A stretch of 38,220 nt of DNA from Octopus bimaculoides (lineage: Eukaryota). The notes beneath the pieces were generated by a model that was given only the letters and a program-made list of their open reading frames with translations, did no database searches and was not told where the DNA came from. The position numbers were made by a program, and so were the translations under genes. How positions within the stretch are numbered: position 1 is the stretch's first letter; each line of letters starts with the position of its first letter. The stretch is from assembly GCF_001194135.2 (NCBI RefSeq), contig NC_069000.1, positions 31,379,976-31,418,195 of the forward strand. The letters are read 5' to 3'. Positions 35,218-38,220 of this stretch are shown here, piece after piece.

Positions 35218-35347
35218 ACACTGGTACTCCGTCGGTTACGACGACGAGTGCTCCAATCGATCTGATTAACCGAACAGCTAGCTCGTGAAATTATCGTGCA
35301 AGTGGCTGAGTACTCCACAGACGCGCGTACCTTTCATGTCGTTCTCG
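35176..35347 (-). mobile_element. SINE family C 3' part with (TAG)n tail
   Basis: Minus strand GTCTGTGGAGTACTCAGCCACTTGCACGATAATTTCACGAGC...CTCGTCGTCGTAACCGACGGAGT followed by (TAG)n. Confidence 0.85.
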
Positions 35348-35879
35348 TTGTAGTGAATCTTTCACCACCACTATAACGCCACTGCAATCGGCTAACCTCC
35401 TCCACTAAAAATTGCTGACCTGGTCCCTAAACCAGGAACAATTATTGATAACAGCACATTGTTAGCGCGTTTGTGCATTTCTTAAAAACGCGTAAGTTGC
35501 AAGGGGGATAATTCAAGCTGCCTTTGTTTACATCTTTACTCGGATGATCAGTTTCACAAATAAATAAATACAAATACATCAAAAATAGATATGAAAAAAT
35601 TAAAAAAAAAACCTATAAAAATCCACTCTACTCTTCTACATAAACCACACACACACACACGCTCTCTCTCTTCCTCTCTCTCTCTCTCTCTCATACACAC
35701 ACACAAAAGCTCATGCACTCATACGCACACGCGAAGAAGAATTGACAGGCACAACTAATTTTATACAACCTGAACAACAGACCAGTAAAGTCAAATAAAT
35801 AAATGCTTAAGCAAATAAATACGTAAACAAATATATACATAAATAAGTAAATAAATACATAAATATATAAAGGAACAAA

Positions 35880-35910
<31 letters not shown>

Positions 35911-36149
35911 ATAGCAAAATTATAATGACTAGGCAGAAATTGAACTGACAGATTTGAAGAAGCTAACCAACACTAGAGTCCATTATTTATGTCAATCCAT
36001 TTCCTTGATATCACATCACTACGACTACTACTGCTAATAATGATAATGGTTTCTCTTACAATGGCTGATAGATGGTAATTACAAGGGCAAATTATAATGA
36101 GGTCGGGAGTGTTTACACGGAATACGGAAAACAAATAATGAGAAACAAT

Positions 36150-36580
36150 AATAGAGGTGCCGCCATCTAAACAAGGGCCAGATATGAAGCCCTACACATA
36201 CCCCATTATTCTGACTATAGAAAGTACGTCCCGTATTCCAGGTCTCGTCTCTGCCTCACTGTTGCGTGCACAGAGTGGACACTTACACTTAGGCACAACC
36301 CGCACTCTTACTCAGTTGTCCATAAATTTATGCTTGGGTAGTCTCCAGTCTTACGTTCCTCTCCAAGTGCAAAGTAGCACTCGAAAGTGTTTATAAGGAA
36401 AGTCCTTGCTCCGTCCTATCTGGTTTTGACATCATATCGCTTCTGCCACCATACCAGCCAAGCAGAGAAAAACTATTTGCTTCTCTTTGACAAAGGGAGA
36501 CTGCAGTAGTACACTTCTCTCATACTTGAATCCATAATATATATGACATCGGCAATTCTACATGATGTGATGATGTGGTG
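36150..36580 (-). mobile_element. Possible decayed L1/Tx1-type LINE C-terminal fragment
   Basis: Minus-strand pieces HHIITSC.IAD, PFVKEKQIVFLCLAGMVAEAI* and LINTFE/LHLERNVRLE loosely resemble the Tx1 ORF2 end as I recall it. No diagnostic motif is intact. Confidence 0.3.
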
Positions 36581-36601
36581 AAAGTCTATAAAAGAATAAC
36601 G

Positions 36602-36640
36602 ATGTGGTATTTAGTGCATGTGGTATTTAGTGCATGTGGT
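36602..36640. repeat. 16-bp tandem duplication ATGTGGTATTTAGTGC, 2.4 copies
   Basis: Direct reading. Confidence 0.9.
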
Positions 36641-36959
36641 CTATATCAACACCTTATCCATTACAGCCAGTCTCACATGAATATCAATTGATATATCCGA
36701 AGGTGATATTCTATCTGTTATTCCTGATGTTCTATGCTTGCTACTCTTGAATGATACGGAAAAAAGGCCAAATTTACATATTATATAAGAAGAGAGGGGA
36801 TCAGGATCATTAATGATTTTCTGTTCATGTAAGACCTGAAATCATATGATGCAAACGGACCTGAATTTAAGAGCCTCTTAGCTTTTGCTGATAATTATAG
36901 TAAAGACATTAAGATAACTGTCTAACTAGGAAAACACGAAAAAAAGAAAGAAGTAATTG

Positions 36960-37106
36960 ACAAGGTGTGGCTGCGTGGTAAACACATGGTTCCGGGTTCA
37001 GTCCCACTGCGTGGGACCTTGGGCAAGTGTCTTCTACTATAGCCTCGGGCCGACCAAAGCCTTGTGAGTGGATTTGGGAGACGGAAACTGAAAGAAGCCT
37101 GTTGTA

Positions 37107-37157
<51 letters not shown>

Positions 37158-37405
37158 GTATGTGTGTGTATATGTTTGTGTGTGTATATGTTTGTGTGTC
37201 TGTGTTTGTCCCCCTAACATTGTTTGACATCCGATGGTGGTGTGTTTACATCCCCGTAACTTAGCGGTTCGGCAACAAAGACCGATAGAATAAGTACTAG
37301 GCTTACAAAGAATAAGTCCTGGGGTCGATTTGCTCGACTAAAAGGCGGTGCTCCAGCATGACCACAGTCAAAATGACTGAAACAAGTAAAAGAGTAAAAG
37401 AGTAA
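36960..37405 (+). mobile_element. SINE family A, near full-length, with an internal (TA)n/(TG)n microsatellite
   Basis: tRNA-like head with B box GGGTTCAGTCCC (36994-37005), CORE-like ACCTTGGGCAAGTGTCTT, internal repeat 37105-37200 and (AAAAGAGT) tail. About 16 nt are deleted between the A and B boxes relative to the 11232 copy. Confidence 0.88.
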
Positions 37406-37867
37406 TACAACGGGCCAGAAAACTATGAAAGGGAAATAAAACAGAAGCTCGATAATTTTGCTTTCCATAAATATCAGAGCTTAGAACCAAAGTGGTTCTC
37501 AATTACAATTAACCTTTGAACCCTTTTAATTCTTATTTTACTAGGATGACCCATCCTCGGCATTCGATCTTTTAAAAAAATTATCCAATTACACTTTTTT
37601 ATAATTACATATTATTAAAAATTGTGTAAAGAAAATTGTTAAAATACATTGTGCATTGGAGAAATATAACCAATTCATTGCAAATGAACTTTAACAACAA
37701 AATCTAAAACGGAAGTCCATGGGCCATATGAACCCAAGATGAGGACCAATGGTTTTGATAAAAGTAAAACTGTCTATTGAAAGGAATGGGGGTCGGGGTG
37801 CAGTTAAATTTGATTAATAATAATTTCTCAGAATACTACATTAAATATGTTGCATGGGTAAGTCTGT

Positions 37868-38220
37868 GGAGGCGCAATGGCCCAGTGGTTAGGGCAGCGG
37901 ACTCGCGGTCATAGGATCGCGGTTTCGATTCCCAGACCGGGCTTTGTGAGCGTTTATTGAGCGAAAACACCTAAAGCTCCACGTGGCTCCGGCAGGGGAT
38001 GGTGGTGAACCCTGCTGTACTCTTTCACCACAACTTTCTCTCACTCTTACTTCCTGTTTCTGTTGTGCCTGTAATTCAAAGGGTCAGCCTTGTCACAAAG
38101 TGTCGCGCTGAATATCCCCGAGAACTACGTTAAGGGTACACGTGTCTGTGGAGTGCTCAGCCAGTTGCACGTTAATTTCACGAGCAGGCTGTTCCGTTGA
38201 TCGGATAAACTGAAACCCTC
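37868..38220 (+). mobile_element. Young tRNA(Arg)-like SINE family C, running off the window end
   Basis: A box TGGCCCAGTGG (37878-88), TCG in the anticodon-like loop and B box GGTTTCGATTCC (37921-32), followed by a body shared with 31164-31468 and 35223-35347. Confidence 0.9.

Noticed and set aside
2883-37264. Dozens of ORFs rich in YI, HT, CV, poly-V, poly-T or X
   Set aside because: They are translations of microsatellites and N-gaps, with no domain content.
37871-37942. tRNA-Arg gene
   Set aside because: A and B boxes are present but no acceptor stem forms, and the sequence continues into a multi-copy SINE body.

Overview
AT-rich eukaryotic (animal) genomic DNA from a gapped draft assembly: about 18 N-gaps totalling roughly 4 kb, most of them bordered by microsatellites. 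The extreme density of (TA)n, (CA)n, (CATA)n and trinucleotide repeats and the tRNA-derived SINE families point to an octopus/cephalopod genome (inference from recalled repeat families, not checked). I found no host protein-coding exon, rRNA, true tRNA or CRISPR array that I can support; nearly all ORFs in the track are microsatellite or gap artefacts. The window is an intergenic or intronic transposon graveyard. It holds a full-length decayed mariner with both TIRs and TA target duplication (16633-17884), a Tc1-like element with DD36E spacing (20864-21900) and an older Tc1 remnant. It also holds an R4/Dong-type LINE 3' fragment, two kinds of Penelope-like (PLE) RT fragment (YVDD and YRDD) and three tRNA-derived SINE families. 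The ORF track misses two kinds of signal. First, several unrelated minimal type I hammerhead-ribozyme motifs with palindromic helix III sit next to microsatellites (1683-1728, 27050-27089, and weaker ones at 462-495, 558-593 and 32075-32118). Second, there are two foldback inverted repeats (173-915 and 25191-25644); the first carries a hammerhead-like core in each arm and abuts the PLE RT.
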